A DNA stretch of 64,000 nucleotides, taken from Ginglymostoma cirratum (lineage: Eukaryota). Position numbers and translations under genes: made by a program. The stretch covers positions 19,123,302-19,187,301 of the forward strand of contig JAHRHZ010000283.1 in NCBI GenBank assembly GCA_024137785.1, read 5' to 3'. The notes under the pieces were generated by a model, which was not told the origin of the DNA, ran no database searches, and was given only the letters and a program-made list of their open reading frames with translations. Shown here in pieces: positions 62,663 through 64,000 of this stretch. Position 1 is the stretch's first letter; each line of letters opens with the position of its first letter.

Positions 62663-62897
62663 ATAAACAGAAATTGTTGGAAAAGCTCATCAGGTCTGGC
62701 AGCATCTGTGAAGAAAAGTCAGAGTTCACATTTCAGGTCCAGTGACCCTTCCTCAGAACCTTCCTAAGGATCACTGGACCCGAATTGTTAACTCAGATTT
62801 TTTTTCAAAGATGCTGCCAGACCTGCTGAGCTTTTCCAGCAACTTCTGCTTTTGTTCCTGATTTACAGCATCTGCAGTTCTTATCATGTTTTTATTT
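62663..62897 (+). mobile_element. PLE family B hairpin insertion, 11 bp TSD
   Basis: TSD tgcattctgac at 62652-62662 and 62898-62908; arms meet at gacccttcctcagaac / aaggatcactggacccgaa. Confidence 0.9.
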
Positions 62898-63469
62898 TGC
62901 ATTCTGACGTGACTTGTCTGTGGATGCTACCAATTTGAGAAATTTATAAAATGTTTACAACATTTTCATGAATGTGAAATTTAATTGACATTCAATCCTT
63001 CAATTAACATTATTGAACATTCAGTCTGCCTAGTTACCAACTATACTCATCATTTGTCAGTATAATCTCACTATCCTTGTCATTATCACAATCTCTATGT
63101 ACCATGAGGTTGCTTTGATTTAATTCAGCTGTTTTCCAATATATTGATCAGATAAGCTACACTCCATTCAAGGTCAGTTACATCAGGGAAATGAAATCTT
63201 TCTTGGCATTTTCTGAAGCGCTGAACCCTGACTCTCCATTTCTCTTCTTAGCCAACTGACTGGGAGGCAAATTTGGAGCGCAGCATCTATCAACTAGGCA
63301 GAGAATTAACTGAATTACATTCAACCCAGTCGGTGCACACACAAACTTTAAGTCCAGTCCTGTTTAAAACAAGAGTTCACAATCCTTAAGCTGCAAGTGA
63401 GTAGAATGTAGCACTGCCTGGTTCAAATATCGGGCACAAAACCAGGCTGCTTTCCTGAATGAATGTAAG

Positions 63470-63582
63470 GATTACAGGGATAGTGTGAGTAAATGGCATT
63501 GAAGTGTTCGATCAGCCATGATCATATTAAATGGCAGAGCGAGCTTGAAGGGGTGAATTGCCTACTTGTGTTCCTATGTTAG
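63470..63582 (+). mobile_element. CR1 3' tail fragment
   Basis: gatcagccatgatcatattaaatggcagagcgagcttgaaggggtgaattgcctacttgtgttcctatg. Confidence 0.75.
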
Positions 63583-64000
63583 GCCAAAGCAACTAACAAT
63601 TGCTTACACCTGTGTCAGAGTGTAGTTAGAAAATGGTGGTGAACAAATGAAAGATGCTCTAAATGAGAAGATAGATTTGAAAAAAAAAACAGAATTTGTA
63701 CATGGAAATGGTGGATGATGACAATAAATTGCATATTTTGCATATCATCTTCATAAACAAAAGCTTTTGCTTTCGTTTCTCAAATTCTTTTGCACTAATT
63801 GCTCAGAACAGTTGAAACCTAATAACCCATAATAATTTATTTTATCCTGAGACATTGGGAAGTTCTGTGTTTAACTTGTTCTGAATGTCTGTTGTTAGAA
63901 CATCGTTGAAGCAATTAATTCCTGTGGGCAAGAGGTGATTTGAAATCTCATTCTGAGCAGTGTAGTGGCTGTCGATAGTGCACTCCTGATCTTTATCTTT

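Noticed and set aside
4606-62897. Recurrent near-identical palindromic units that could be taken for CRISPR repeats or DNA-transposon MITEs
   Set aside because: They are dispersed, not arrayed with spacers; no cas genes; arms are asymmetric with variable 10-15 bp TSDs and join PLE GIY-YIG coding sequence, so they are retro-insertions

Overview
Eukaryotic, AT-rich, repeat-dense genomic DNA from a cartilaginous fish. The repeat families (HE1/V-SINE, Deu-domain SINE, CR1/HER1-type LINEs, Penelope-like elements) point to a shark, probably a carpet shark (inference). I could not support any host protein-coding gene, so the window looks like a large intron or gene desert. Every ORF I could assign is a transposon remnant: CR1-clade RT, Penelope RT thumb and GIY-YIG tail, Gypsy gag, Harbinger Myb/SANT. 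The standout system is about 18 short insertions from two Penelope-like (PLE) families. Many are fold-back hairpins with 10-15 bp target-site duplications. Their pLTR carries a minimal hammerhead ribozyme motif (CUGANGA-stem II-GAAACGU[C/U]) with a palindromic ACGU stem III. The 5' truncation/inversion breakpoints of these insertions cluster at the ribozyme, the two arms of a hairpin share private mutations, and both families keep the same CAGCATCTGCAGT motif in a ~35-40 nt 3' tail. Also seen: two SINE-LINE tail pairs, a ~300 bp local templated duplication inside a CR1, a 25 bp micro-inversion, a Tc1/mariner-type MITE, putative solo LTRs, two assembly gaps and repeat-free islands that may be conserved non-coding elements. 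Boundaries of old repeats are approximate.
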